NCBI GenBank assembly: GCA_951406725.2
Contig: OX597825.1
Coordinates: forward strand, 57,660,001 to 57,724,000
Length of the DNA: 64,000 nt
Direction of reading: 5' to 3'
Source of the DNA: Octopus vulgaris
Lineage: Eukaryota
Below the pieces are notes generated by a model that was not told the origin of the DNA, searched no databases, and saw nothing but the letters and a program-made list of their open reading frames with translations. The position numbers were made by a program, and so were the translations under genes. Positions 13,226-26,067 of this stretch are shown here, piece after piece (within the stretch, counting starts at the first letter, position 1; each line of letters opens with the position of its first letter).

Positions 13226-13302
13226 TGCAAATTTTTGATGAACTACATCTGCCAACATTATGAAGTAACTCCGAGCCCCCAGAAACAGCTGTCGGACTTG
13301 TA
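13226..13302 (+). ncRNA. Degraded type-I hammerhead ribozyme motif
   Basis: tgcaaattt-TTGATGA-...-GAAAC-AGCT-GTC-ggacttgta. Stem I pairs with G-U wobbles and one mismatch; stem III is palindromic; stem II is eroded. Confidence 0.4.
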
Positions 13303-13397
13303 ACGCCTTCTTCCTTCTATGTAATCTGAATAAGTTTCTTAGTTCTATTAAAGCGTGCGCACGCGCACACACAGGCAGACATACACACACACATACA

Positions 13398-13502
13398 TAG
13401 GCTCGAAAGTAAAAGAATTTTCTATATTTTTCCCGAGCGTTAAACTAATACACCTACTTGTTGTTCCTACACCTGTCTTCGTCTTTTGTTATCTGTAAAA
13501 TA
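13398..13502 (+). mobile_element. Microsatellite-flanked short module (related copies at 23281-23357 +, 28073-28262 -, 59760-59962 +); probable Penelope-type terminus
   Basis: Shared GCTCGAAA(C)GTAAAA...GAGCGT(T/C)(A/C)AACTAATAC...ACCTGTCTTCGTC...; flanked by (CA)n/(TA)n. Confidence 0.55.
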
Positions 13503-13535
13503 TATTTCTGTAAATATATAAATATATTTCTCTAA

Positions 13536-13591
<56 letters not shown>

Positions 13592-13732
13592 CATACATGC
13601 ATACATACATATATATATATATTGTATATTAAAATCCAAGGTTTTATCTGTTTATTTGAATCACACATAAGCCCTCTCTCTGTATTTATTTGAATCACCC
13701 TCTCTCTCTTTCTCTGTGTGTGCCTTATTGTG

Positions 13733-13797
<65 letters not shown>

Positions 13798-14805
13798 TAC
13801 GATTCACAATGCATATAAATCATATTTATATTTAAGTATGTAATCACAGGGGAACGTAAATAGTCAGGTTGGTAGACTATCGGCCAATCAATTGAATGAT
13901 TAGTTTCAGTGGCTTCTAAAAGAATCATGTGAACTAAGATCGAATCACAGCAAGTCTTGATGAACCGTGTGCAGAGTGATACTGCCGTCCGTGTTACGCT
14001 TTTACTTTCAATATTTGAGTGTCGGATGTTTTACGGGACACGATGAGTAATTCTTTCCGCTGTGGAACACCACTTTAATGTTCCTGTAACGTTATAAGAT
14101 AGGTAGAAATATTGGTGTATGGCTATGATGTCAAAACATAAGAAGATAGTTCTCATAGTGGGTTAGAACAAATGCATCACGAACCTGCAAAAGCACGTCA
14201 GTGTTACTCAAATGTAGAGTGATTTTAATTGGCTGTTCTTATTATTTCAAAAGCGTCACCTATCATGAATTTATTTCACGTAGTCCAGATGAATAATAAA
14301 GAGTTTTACTTAACTGAACTGAAAGTATTTGAGATAAGAAGAGTTACAGGAGAAGACTGAGGCACGGACAAACTGAATTTGGACAATGACTTTATGGCAA
14401 TGAACCGACAGAACACCTGCTCATGCATATCTACTTACCTGTAACTTGTTAATAAAGTAAAATACGTCTCTCCTCCTCTAATTGCTCTGCTCTCGAGATG
14501 TGGGCCCTGTGGATTTTCTCTATTCTCAGTTCTGAAATTCACCATGATAGGACACTGGAACAGGTCGCAGAAAACTGGCTACGATAATTGAGCAATATCC
14601 TTGAAAAAGCATTTAGGATGGGTTCCAAACGTAGACAAAGTTCAGAAGCTGTGTATCAATTGTGGGGTTGGGTATAGGTAATAGAGGGTGTGTGTGCTAT
14701 TTTGTAAGTAAGGATGCCTTTTTTAGAAGTTCGATTTATTTATGGACAAACCTCGTATGTATACGTGTATAGATATGTACGTGTGTTTGAATATACTTAA
14801 GCCTT

Positions 14806-15058
<253 letters not shown>

Positions 15059-15759
15059 GGATGTTTATATGTGCACAGTCTGCGGAGAAGTAGTTAAAAT
15101 TTGCCCTGTTTATAATTATACGATATGTTACGTACGTACATATATATTGATAAATAGATTAATATTTACACATATAGATATGTGCAAGTGTGTGAGTGTG
15201 TATATATGTATGTACACACACACACACACACGCACACACACACACACACACGCACGCACTCACACCCGCACACATCACGCTGCATGCGTAACTGAATATT
15301 TCAATGCCCGCAATTGCCAATAAAAATATCGTATTGAATGGTAACATGATAAAAGAAAGAATAATCGTTGATATGATAATGAATCTAAACGTTTTTTTTT
15401 TTTTTTTTGGAAGGCGTTAATTCTTCTCTAACAACCGGATTTATATGATTGCTTTGCAAAGTCTGAATTTACTTAGGTCTGTCTGGTTGCACGTATACTA
15501 CTATATTTTCTTCATTGTTTCTACTCTTTCATAGACGCTTGTAAATTTGTTCCTAGCATTTCTATTTATCCTATTGATATGCGACTTTTTGGCTCCTTTT
15601 CCAGAAGAGATAAAATGCATTTGGAACACTCAGTGGAGGACTCCAAGTAATCAAAATGTGTTTATTCTAATTTCTGCTACATTTGTTCTGTATGCATGTA
15701 TGTATGTATGTATGTATGTATGTATGTATGTATGTATGTATGTATGTATGTATGTATGT

Positions 15760-16296
15760 CAGGTCACTTTCGAGTGCTACTGGTAACATGTAACCCAGTA
15801 CTACCTGTTGCATGGTCGGGTCGTCGGCGACTAAACCGGCAACCCCACCAGGAGGGTGTTTATTGGTCACCCTGCGGGATGAAAAACAAAACCCGTCAAA
15901 GGGCGGTGGAACTCTTGAGAGTCAACGACCATCCAATAAATGTCTTAAAGCTGTATCATGCGCGGGGACATAGAAATAATCGGATTGAATACCCGATCGT
16001 GCAGTTAAACCGTTGGGAGTGAAGGACTCCTAGCCTTTGTCAGGGCATCCTTCTAGGAGAAGGTAACTCAGGTAACTGGGATAACTCCGACATAAAACCT
16101 GCGGCTCAGTGGTTACCGATGATGTTGACTTGTTCTTCTTTTCGGATTATGGCTTCTGTTGCTTAGTGAGTGGGATTGACTCCGTGCACAGCCTTTCCTC
16201 ACTTAAAAAAATATCTTCTTGCACAGGCATTGCACGATAACAACATTGATTAAGCTTCGTGCAATGGCCATACTCGATAACGAGGGGGCAGCCACC
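15760..16296 (+). mobile_element. ~540 bp non-autonomous RTE-derived element (element G) within (TATG)n
   Basis: Contains GGGCATCCTTCTAGGAGAAGGTAACTC (similar to an RTE 5'UTR motif) and ends ATGGCCATACTCGATAACGAGGGGGCAGCCACC (similar to RTE/BovB 3' ends); (TATG)n on both sides; no credible ORF. Confidence 0.6.
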
Positions 16297-16352
16297 ATGT
16301 ATGTATGTATGTATGTATGTATGTATGTATGTATGTATGTATGTATGTATGT

Positions 16353-16956
16353 CATTATTTACTTTTATTTCAAGATTTCTTGTCAATGGAGAAAAAGCCG
16401 GTGTCTAACCAAGGTCCAAGGCTCCTTCATTGGAATTTCAACATCAACAACAGGGTATTTTTGTATGTATGTATGTATGTATGTATGTATGTATGTATGT
16501 ATGTATGTATGTATGTATTTATGTATGTATGTATGTTTATGAGCAGATTTGTATGTTTTGTTTTATGTATGTCTTCTCATGCATATAGCTGCATGTCTAG
16601 AGATGCACATATATACTTAAATGATAAACTTCTGGAAAGTTTTACAGATTTTTACAGTTCCAGTGATGGATTAGATCTGTAGTCTTCAAATCCGCTTTCT
16701 ACGTACTGATTTTCAGAAGCCTAATTTCTCAAGATTGGTGTTCAGGCAGTGTGTTATATATCCTAGGAATCCAATAATCACAGGTATAAACCTGAACTTG
16801 TAATCTGGATAGAGTAACTACAGATTTCTCAATTGTTCAGCATAATTGTTCTCTTTTTCACTGATCTTCAGCTTTATGTTAACATCTGCTGGGGTGCTGA
16901 TTTCCACGACTGTACACAGCTTCTCTTCTCTATCTCAAATCATTATATCAGGTCTA
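16353..16956 (-). pseudogene. R4/Dong-like LINE 3' end (restriction-like endonuclease plus 3'UTR) in (CATA)n
   Basis: Minus translation RPDIMI*DREEKLCTVVEISTPADVNIKLKISEKENNYAEQLRNL*LLYPDYKFRFIPVIIGFLG (PD..E RLE; IIG(A)LG motif); 3' end GAAATAAAAGTAAATAATGA(CATA)n. Confidence 0.85.
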
Positions 16957-17064
16957 TGTACGTATGTATGTATGTATGTATGTATGTATGTATGTATGTA
17001 TGTATGTATGTATGTATGTATGTATGTATGTATACCTAAAATCTAATAATTATAAATATCAATT

Positions 17065-17090
17065 GATCATCATCATCATCGTCGTCGTCG

Positions 17091-17128
<38 letters not shown>

Positions 17129-17988
17129 GTTATCGTCATCATAATCATCGTTATCATCATCATCATCGTCATTGTGATCATCACAGTTATGACCAGCAAA
17201 AAGTGTACGAAATGAATAACAACAGAATTAACAAACAAAGCAATAGCAATAACAACAAAACGAACAAGTTAACATTTTCTGCGGCTAACACTGCAAGTTG
17301 AAATTGCACAATAAAACAAGTAACACCCAATCATTACCACCATCACTGCGACGGCGGCGATGACAATGACGACGACGACGGCTACCACCCCCACCACCAC
17401 CACCACTAACATCACCGCCACCATCAGCACCGACGCCGGCACCACCGCATCGACGACGACCACCACCACCACCACGACCACCACCACCAACACCAACACC
17501 ACCACCACCACTACCATCATCATCATCATCATCACCACCATCATCATCATCACCATTCTCCTCCTCTTTCTCATCATCATCATCATCGTCTTCATCATTC
17601 TACTCATCAACGCCATTATCTCCTTCCTCTTCATGAGCACTACTAACATCGTCTACCTCCTGATCATCACCCTCTTGTTGTTCTTGTTGGTGTTGCTCAT
17701 CTTCTTCTTCTTCTTCTTCTTCTTCTTCTTCTTCTTCTTCTTCTTCTTCTTCTTCTTCTTCTTCTTCTTCTTCTTCTTCTTCCTCCTCCTTACCATCGTC
17801 AGCCTTATAGTCATCATTCCTATTATTATCCTCATCCTTCTCCTCCACCTTTCTCCGTCTCTTCAATATCATTATCATTGTCGTGATATTCTTCTTATTG
17901 CCCCCACCTGCACCCCACCTCCCCTTCACCTCCTCCTCATCTCCTCCTCCTCTTCTTCATCATCATCATCATCATCACCACCACCACC

Positions 17989-18022
<34 letters not shown>

Positions 18023-18032
18023 TCATCATCAT
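17065..18032. repeat. ~1 kb compound triplet array (ATC)(ACC)(TTC)(TCC)
   Basis: Direct reading; source of the poly-T/I/F/H/E/K pseudo-ORFs. Confidence 0.95.
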
Positions 18033-18652
18033 AATCAAGTCTACAAATGCTCAAATGTTTACTTCCAAAAGAAATATCACTGTCACCTTTTACATTCCAC
18101 TATTTCATTAATACCATCGCCACCTAACATACACCGCGCACAGACACAAATGCAAATGTACATATGCATTCATACACAGGTCCATACACACGTACGCTCA
18201 ACACTCGCTGAACTAAATTTACTGTGAGAAGCGTTTGTATCAAAAAAGATTTCATAGCAATCGGAATTGTCAACGTGTTTATACAACCCTCAAACAGCCA
18301 TCTTTACCGACATATAGTTCCAGAACAGCCTACGACATTTTCCGTCCACAGTGATTTTTATGGCTGTATTTACAAGTTACTCTTTAGAGGATTATCTACT
18401 TTGAGTTAAATTAATTATTTCACGTCTTCTAAAAAGTTTTTCAATTATTATGGTGTAGACAACACACACACGCATATTATATATATATATATCATGAAAA
18501 AATTATGCAAAATGTATAAATAGATGTTGAGTAAAGCACCGGCACGGTTTTGATTACATGTTGTTATCCGTAGATTTATGGCAGAAACTTCGTAGTGGCG
18601 GTTGGGGTAACAGTATTAATAAGGTAGATGTAAGTATTAATAAGATAGATGA

Positions 18653-19105
18653 AAGGCTGCGAGCTGGCAGAAACGTTAGCACGCCGGGCGAAATGCTTAG
18701 CGGTATTTCGTCTGCCGTTACGATCTGAGTTCAAATTCCGTCGAGGTCGACTTTACCTTTCATCCTTTCGGGGTCGATTAAATAAGTACCAGTTACGCAC
18801 TGGGGTCGATGTAATCGACTTAATCCGTTTGTCTGTCCTTGTTTGTCCTCTCTGTGTTTAGCCCCTTGTGGGTAATAAAGAAATAGGTATTTCGTCTGTC
18901 TTTACTTTCTGAGTTCAAATTCCACCGAGGTCGACTTTGACTTTCATCCTTTCGGGGGTCGATTAAATAAGTACAATTTATCGATCCTTTCTGGATCGAT
19001 AAATTAAGTACCAGTTACGCACTGGGGCCGACGTAATCGACTTAATCCGTTTGTATGTCCTTGTTTGTCCCCTCTATGTTTAGCCCCTTGTGGGCAACAA
19101 CAAAA
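18653..19105 (+). mobile_element. SINE family B, tandem/dimeric
   Basis: Full copy to ...AAAGAAATAGGTATTTCG, followed directly by a second headless unit with an internal partial duplication. Confidence 0.9.
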
Positions 19106-19132
19106 AAAGATAGATGGAAGGAGAAAAATTTT

Positions 19133-19185
19133 ATTGGGTACAACACATGTTTCGACCCGTTCTGTGTCTCTTCGGGTACATCAAT
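19133..19185 (-). ncRNA. Minimal type-I hammerhead ribozyme motif (CCGAAGA core variant)
   Basis: Minus: attgatgtac-CCGAAGA-gac acagaacgg gtc-GAAAC ATGT GTT-gtacccaat. Stems I (gtac/gtac plus attg/caat), II (gac/gtc) and III (ACA/TGT) all pair. Confidence 0.65.
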
Positions 19186-19513
19186 AAAAAGTTTTACGAG
19201 ATATTTTCTGATTCGGTTTTACGTACCGTTATATGTCCATCAACTTCGAGAATAAGAAAGAAACAGAGAATAATTGAAACGCAAAATATTCAAATATGAA
19301 CGTGAATATTATACATTCTAGTTTAGAGAAAATGACGTAATGAGCCTTCGCTGTTAAGAGGAAAAAAAGATGTAGAAGTTGAAAGGAAGATAATACTTGG
19401 ACGAAAATTTTTTTCTGTGTTCGTGCTTAGACGCACATATACATACACAGATACATACATACATACATACATACATACATACATACATACATACATACAT
19501 ACATACATACATG

Positions 19514-19558
<45 letters not shown>

Positions 19559-20057
19559 GCACATATACATACACGATCATACACGCACGTCCAAGTATAT
19601 GGGTATATACATACAACTAGATACACGCGCATACTTGCACGTATGAACGAATACATACATATATATGCATAGGAACTCATATATGCAGGTACACAAGCGT
19701 ATATATACATAAAAATACGTGCATAGCATAGATTAATATGTGCATATATTCGTACGTAAAGCAAGATACAGAGATCTGTGCAAAGTTTGACACACACACA
19801 CATATGTTAGTACACTTGCGTATACATATAAGTAAACATATACACACATATACATACACATATACACACATGTACACATATGTATGCATATACACATATA
19901 AAACTACGCCCGCGTACACGCATATAATAAAAAAATGATCCTTGGCTGGAGTTTATAAATGTTTTAATGCATCGCTACGAGCGTTTCCACAAATTACATG
20001 TTTCTTAAGATCATAATCCGGTCCGAATTCCAGGGATGATTACAGTGCAGTCCGTAG

Positions 20058-20197
<140 letters not shown>

Positions 20198-20235
20198 CGC
20201 GTGCGTCGTGCGTGTGTGTATGTATATATATATAA

Positions 20236-20268
<33 letters not shown>

Positions 20269-20297
20269 CCTATATATATATATATAATATATGTATG

Positions 20298-20336
<39 letters not shown>

Positions 20337-20339
20337 ACA

Positions 20340-20680
20340 CGAGAGGGCGTTGAAAATTTGAAAATTCTTGGCTCTGGGTAAAAGAAAATAAGAGAATATC
20401 AGTTAATTATGATTTTATTCAACATATTCCCCTCTCAGAATCTCACACTTATTGTAGCAGCCCTTCCTCGAGAACCCTGACGTACACAGTCTCGGCTTTG
20501 TCCTCTGTGGCCGCGGAAGTTGGGCGTGTTGAGCAGGGTTCATCCGTGACCTAGAAATGACCAGTCCGAAACCTTGACACCCAGATTTTCACTGCGGAGT
20601 AAGATGGGCAGCCATTCTTCAAGACTTACTTCATATTTTTACCGCTGCTCCTTTACACACTTTGTTCCACATTGAAAATA
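20340..20680 (-). mobile_element. Internally deleted mariner remnant
   Basis: TIR-like CGAGAGGGCGTTGAAAA; minus translations CPSYSAVKIWVSRFRTGHF*VTDEPCSTRPT (HTH/GRP region) and ...LRGEYVE*. Same family as 28771-28975. Confidence 0.8.
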
Positions 20681-20691
20681 CAGAAAATTTC

Positions 20692-20910
20692 GATAAGAAT
20701 GGTAGATACCTATATTTCGCAATTACTGCGGCTTATCAATACCATATCTCAAAACGAAGTGAATCGCGTTCTCTGACTTATATGCAAATAGGGGGAAGTC
20801 AGTTTGCATATAAGTAACAGAAGACCAATTCACTTCGTTTCGAGATAATCCAAGTACATGGTATTGATAAGCCGCAATAATGGTGAATATCGGTATCTAC
20901 CACTCTTGTC
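20692..20910. mobile_element. Foldback/MITE-like inverted repeat (~100 bp arms)
   Basis: GATAAGAATGGTAGATACC...GCGGCTTATCAATACCAT...ACTTATATGCAAA pairs with TTTGCATATAAGT...ATGGTATTGATAAGCCGC...GGTATCTACCACTCTTGTC. Confidence 0.8.
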
Positions 20911-21330
20911 ATTTGAGGGGAGTTGTCTTGCCTGGTCTGTGACATTCGGTGTTCTTTAACGCTCGGTGTCGTGTAGGGAGCTTTCCTTAGACGCTATTAC
21001 GCAGCAAATTCGGTGTATAAACAATAATCATATCCACTAAGTATATACGACCGTTCACACACACACGAAAACAGTTTAATAATAAACAGACGGATTGTTC
21101 AGTATTTTTTAACAGAATACATATCCATTGCTTTTTACGGATAAAAAGCTGACAATTTATCGGTTGACAACAGAGTGAAGCTGCTGAGAAGCTGAGACGT
21201 CAAAATCACTGTCAACCTTTTCTTTGTAAAAATTTATCTACATACATACATACATACATACATACATACATACATACATACATACATACATGCATACATA
21301 CATACATTACATTACATTATATTACATTAC

Positions 21331-22270
21331 ATCTGCAGGATAGGCAAGAGACCAGTAACTATCCAGCCCAAGCTTGCTACCGTGAAATCAATAACATAAT
21401 TAGGATGGCTAATGAACTCAAGGAGTATTATGAAATAAGTGCTGATACAAGAAGAATTGGTAAGATTTGTTTATGAGAACAAAAAAACCCCAGAAAACTT
21501 AGCAGTTCACTGAAAATATAGTATAGCGGGTACTTAGCACGAAAAACATGAACCATAGAATGGATTGATCATGTGAAGAGCTTGGCGTGTAATACCAACA
21601 AAATGATTATATCTCACTTTGAAGAGGCTACCTCTGCAAAATTATCATATCCCACTTTGAAGGCTACCTCTACAAAATTATTATATCCCACTTTGAAGGC
21701 TACCTCTACAAAATTATTATATCCTACTTTGAAAGCTACCCCTACAAAATTATTATATCTCACTTTGAAGGCTACCTCTACAAAATTATTATATCTCACT
21801 TTGAAGGCTACCTCTACAAAATTATTATATCCCACTTTGAAAGCTACCTCTACAAAATTATTATATCTCACTTTGAAGGCTACCTCTACAAAATCATTAT
21901 ATCTCACTTTGAAGGCTACCTCTACAAAATTATTATTCCCCACTTTGAAGGCTACCTCTACAAAATTATTATATCCCACTTTGAAGGCTACCTGTAGAAG
22001 ATTATTATATCTCACTTTGAAGGCTACCTCTACAAAATTATTATAACCCACTTTTAAGGCTACCTCCACAAAATTATTATAACCCACTTTTAAGGCTACC
22101 TCTATGCAATTCATGAACAAGAAATCCCCACCAAGTACCTACAACATACGAGGCAGAAAACGTTGATAGACAACAAATATAGGCTGTGCAAAACCAAGAC
22201 CGAAGTCATCAACCACATTCACATTCTTAACGTGAGAGGATGTCTTCCAGATTTTATCTTCCCATCAGGC
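21331..22270 (+). pseudogene. R4/Dong-like LINE fragment (pre-RLE CCHC region), interrupted by a minisatellite
   Basis: Translation ISHFE[G]YLYAIHEQEIPTKYLQHTRQKTLIDNKYRLCKTKTEVINHI...RMSSRFYLPIR matches R4-clade AIQEQ...CRLC...E...HI...RH; preceded by (CATA)n. Confidence 0.78.
21607..22105 (+). repeat. 36-bp minisatellite, 14 copies (TTATATC[C/T]CACTTTGAAGGCTACCTCTACAAAATTA)
   Basis: GCTACC recurs every 36 bp from ~21627 to ~22095; explains ORFs 21573-22046 and 21614-22120. Confidence 0.95.
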
Positions 22271-23133
22271 GGTGCTCCAGCATGACCGCAGTCAAATGAC
22301 TGAAACAAGTAAAAGAGAAAGACTTTCTTAAGATTTAAAGGACGATGGTTAAAACAAGATGCTCTTCTTCACAACCTTGCTAACAAGTAGGTGGCCGGTC
22401 AAAATTCTAAATTAAAAAGAGAAAGAGGACATACATACATGCATACACACACACACACACACCCACACACACACACATACACACACACACACACACACAC
22501 AAACAAACACATATATATTAGATAGATAATTATTAAATTAAATACACACACATGCACACATACACATGTACACAGACAAGCACACACACATGTACACATA
22601 CATGTCCCACCCCACTCATTTCTGCGTTTCTGTTGAAGAATTCTATTAAACAACATAATACTCTGACTAACATATATTCTTAAGTCGCAACGTTTCAGAA
22701 TAATTTCTTTGACTAAACGCGTCTCAACGTGTCATGAAGTGTTATTTTTAGGAAGACATTCCAGACTGATTAAATATTTTAAAATTACATTAAAGGGAAG
22801 ATTGTCTCAAACACATTAACGTTTATCTTTCACTGCATATCTTCATTCCCTCGCTTCTACACTCATTTCCTTCATCTAATTTATCTAATTTATCTAATTA
22901 TAGACATGGCTATTACTTCTTCATCATGTATTATCTTCGCAGACATGTTTGTTTACGAAGTTCTGTTTTTAACGACATGGTTCCGGTTTCGTTGCTACAC
23001 CACGGAGTAAAGTCTTTTACCGCAACCTTAGGCCTTTCAACTGTTAGCGAGGGAACCCCTGTATCTCTCTCTTTCTCTCTTCCACACACACACATACACA
23101 CGCACACACATACACACGCACACACATATATAT

Positions 23134-23290
23134 GGCGTGGCTGTGTGGTAAGAAGCTTACTTCCCAACTATATGGTTCCAGATTCAGTCCCAATGCGTGG
23201 CACCTGGGGAAGTGTTTTCTACTATAGCTTCGGGTCGACCAAAGCCTTATGAGTGGATTTAATAGACAAAAACTGAAAGAAGCTCGTCAA
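23134..23290 (+). mobile_element. SINE family A, 5' half
   Basis: GGCGTGGCTGTGTGGTAAGAAGC...TTCAGTCCCAATGCGTGGCACCTGGG...AACTGAAAGAAGC. Confidence 0.85.
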
Positions 23291-24365
23291 ACTAATACAC
23301 CTAATTGTTGTTCATACACCTGTTTTCGTCTTGTGTTTTTCCTGTAAATTTCAAATAGACACACACACACACACACACATACAAATGCAAATAACAGGAC
23401 ATAATAACAGGTGTCTTTCGACTAAGGACGAATTGAATTAAGCTGGCGTGTGTGGAATTAAAGTTTTACGGCAGGGACATAAGATTTCATAGGTACGGGG
23501 AGGAATATAGATGTTGCACGGATCGTAGTCGAATCGAGAAAGAAAGGTCAGGCTTGGCCGAACACCGGTTATGCGGGGGGAGAAGAGAAAGGGATAGAAG
23601 CAGAGGGATAGAAGAATTAACCTTTTCCCTTTTACTTGTTTCGACCATTGGATTGGATCTACTCTGAAGCATCGCCTTTAAGAGTTTTAGACGAACAAAA
23701 ATAGTAAGTAGAAAATAATAAATTTCCTTTCCTCTGCTCAGTGCACTGGTATGCAGTTAAACCTAAGGATTTCTTGACCTGCTATGGATTGTGGAACTGG
23801 TGAATTTATACGAATTCAAATGAGGTCATCTGATATGTCCTCCATCTTGATAGGGAAATATTTGATACTAATAACTCTAATACAACTCCACATCTACTGC
23901 AGGATACATATTCTGGAAACTCTTGAAATAATCTACTATAATAATTTTAAGGTCTTATCAGAATGGCTGAGGGCAAAACTTTTACTTAGTTAATTAATTA
24001 ATAATCAATAATTGTATGGATTTACACAAATTTTATATGTGCAAATCAATGTGTATAGTGATCAAATAATTCTTTTAATCATTTGAAACGATCGTAAAGT
24101 TATGTAACAGCATCGTCTTCAGTTTTTTGTTTGATTGTTATGTATATGTTATACATATATATGTTTGTGTGTATGTGTGTGTTTATATATAAATGCATAT
24201 ACATACAAATATATGTAATAAGTTTATATTCGGGTACACTTTGTAGTATGCCGTTTAAAGCCCGTTCACAGTATTCAACTACCTGATGTCATCAACAGAA
24301 TAGAGGTATATGCCAGTGGATTTACTCTAAGAATCCCTTCGTGCCAGTAGAGTTTATAATATATA

Positions 24366-24421
<56 letters not shown>

Positions 24422-24425
<4 letters not shown>

Positions 24426-24790
24426 TGGGATTCACGAAATTCATTATTATTCACTACAGTCATTTCGACCCATCGTGCATCGTTACTTCACGGGTAAGAA
24501 GCTATACAAACAGCCGTAATGCATTGTAGATGTGGATATGTGTCATCAGGTGACTTGTCGAAAGATGCCTAGTAATAAACTACAACTACAACAATCAAAC
24601 TGTATTCTAATTGAAATAAACGATATGGATTTTTAAAAATGAGGTACTTTTGACAAGCCACCTGATAAGACATATTCGCACCTACGAAGCATCACAACTA
24701 TTTTTATAACATCTCACCCGCAAGGCACCGATGAACGATGGGTCGAAACAGTCGTAGTGAATTATAAAGAATCTCGTAAATTTCATTTTC
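24422..24790. mobile_element. Inverted pair of hammerhead-bearing modules (arms ~24422-24570 and ~24640-24790)
   Basis: Arms are diverged reverse complements. Plus arm: cac-CTGATAA-gac...gtc-GAAAC AGTC GTA-gtga (24659-24760). Minus arm: tcac-CTGATGA-cac...gtc-GAAAT GACT GTA-gtga (24451-24553). Confidence 0.75.
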
Positions 24791-24824
24791 TTTCTCTCAA
24801 ATTTTCTATATACATATATGTATT

Positions 24825-25027
24825 CTTTTATTCTTTTACTTGTTTCAGTAATTTGACTGCGGCCATGCTGGAACACCGCCTTCAGTCGAAGAAATTGAAG
24901 CCAGGGCTTATTCTTTGTAAGCCTAGCGCTTATTCTAACGGTCTCTTTTGCCGAACTGCTAAGTTACGGGACGTAAACACACCAACATCAGTGCCAAGCG
25001 ATGTGGGGGACAAATACATACATATTC

Positions 25028-25119
<92 letters not shown>

Positions 25120-25137
25120 GCCTACCTAACTATCTAC

Positions 25138-25225
<88 letters not shown>

Positions 25226-25388
25226 CGTGATTCTTACAATTTCCGTGCGTGCCAAATATCCACTCACAAAGCTTTGGTTGACCTGAAGCTGTAGTAGAAG
25301 ACTCCTGTCCAAGTTGCCACGTAGTGGGACTGAACCCTGTTCCATCTGGTTCAGAAGCACGCTTCTTAACACACAGCCACTCTTGCAC
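24825..25388 (-). mobile_element. SINE family A, full length, with internal (TATC)(TC)(TA) expansion
   Basis: Both halves match the family A reverse complement. Confidence 0.88.
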
Positions 25389-25394
25389 ATATAT

Positions 25395-25568
25395 AGTATA
25401 CAATATAATATAATATAATATAATATAATATAATATAATACAATATAATATAATATAATACAATAATACAATATAATATAATATAATACAATATAATATA
25501 ATATAATATAAATATTATATAATATGATATCATATGATACTATATGATATGATATAATATAATATAAT

Positions 25569-25634
<66 letters not shown>
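25395..25634 (+). repeat. (TAATA)n pentanucleotide then (TA)n
   Basis: Direct reading. Confidence 0.92.
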
Positions 25635-25637
<3 letters not shown>

Positions 25638-26009
25638 TACAAACAAACTTTAGAAGAGTCTTGCTAGGGTTAATACACAATTTTTCACTGCTGCTCTTAC
25701 AGCTTTACTGCGTTCGAAATTTACTTTCTTGTCTATAATACGCACACAAACACACACATACATACAACACACAAAACACACACACACACACAATCGAAAT
25801 GATACATTTGGAATTATTACATGACTGCAGGTGTGTGTGTGTGTATGTGTGTTGTTGTGTGTGTGTACGCGCGCGCGTGTGCTGTAATTTTGTGTTATCT
25901 AACTGGTTGTAAACACCAGCATTCTCTATCACAGGTCCAATAACATTAAATAAATCTAAAACTTACTTTTTTTTATTCTTGCGGCTACAATTCCTCCTCT
26001 ACCCCCTCG

Positions 26010-26067
<58 letters not shown>

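Noticed and set aside
14431-14545. Minus-strand ATG-initiated 36-codon frame ending at a consensus donor CAG/GTAAGT
   Set aside because: Short, no homology recognised and no partner exon; expected by chance in 64 kb. RNA-seq would be needed.
17269-18227. Long low-complexity ORFs (poly-T/I/F/H/E/K), mucin-like or His-rich
   Set aside because: Translations of compound triplet microsatellites that are open in several frames on both strands.
21573-22120. 157/168-aa tandem-repeat proteins
   Set aside because: Reading-through of a 36-bp minisatellite inside a dead LINE; no evidence of gene structure.
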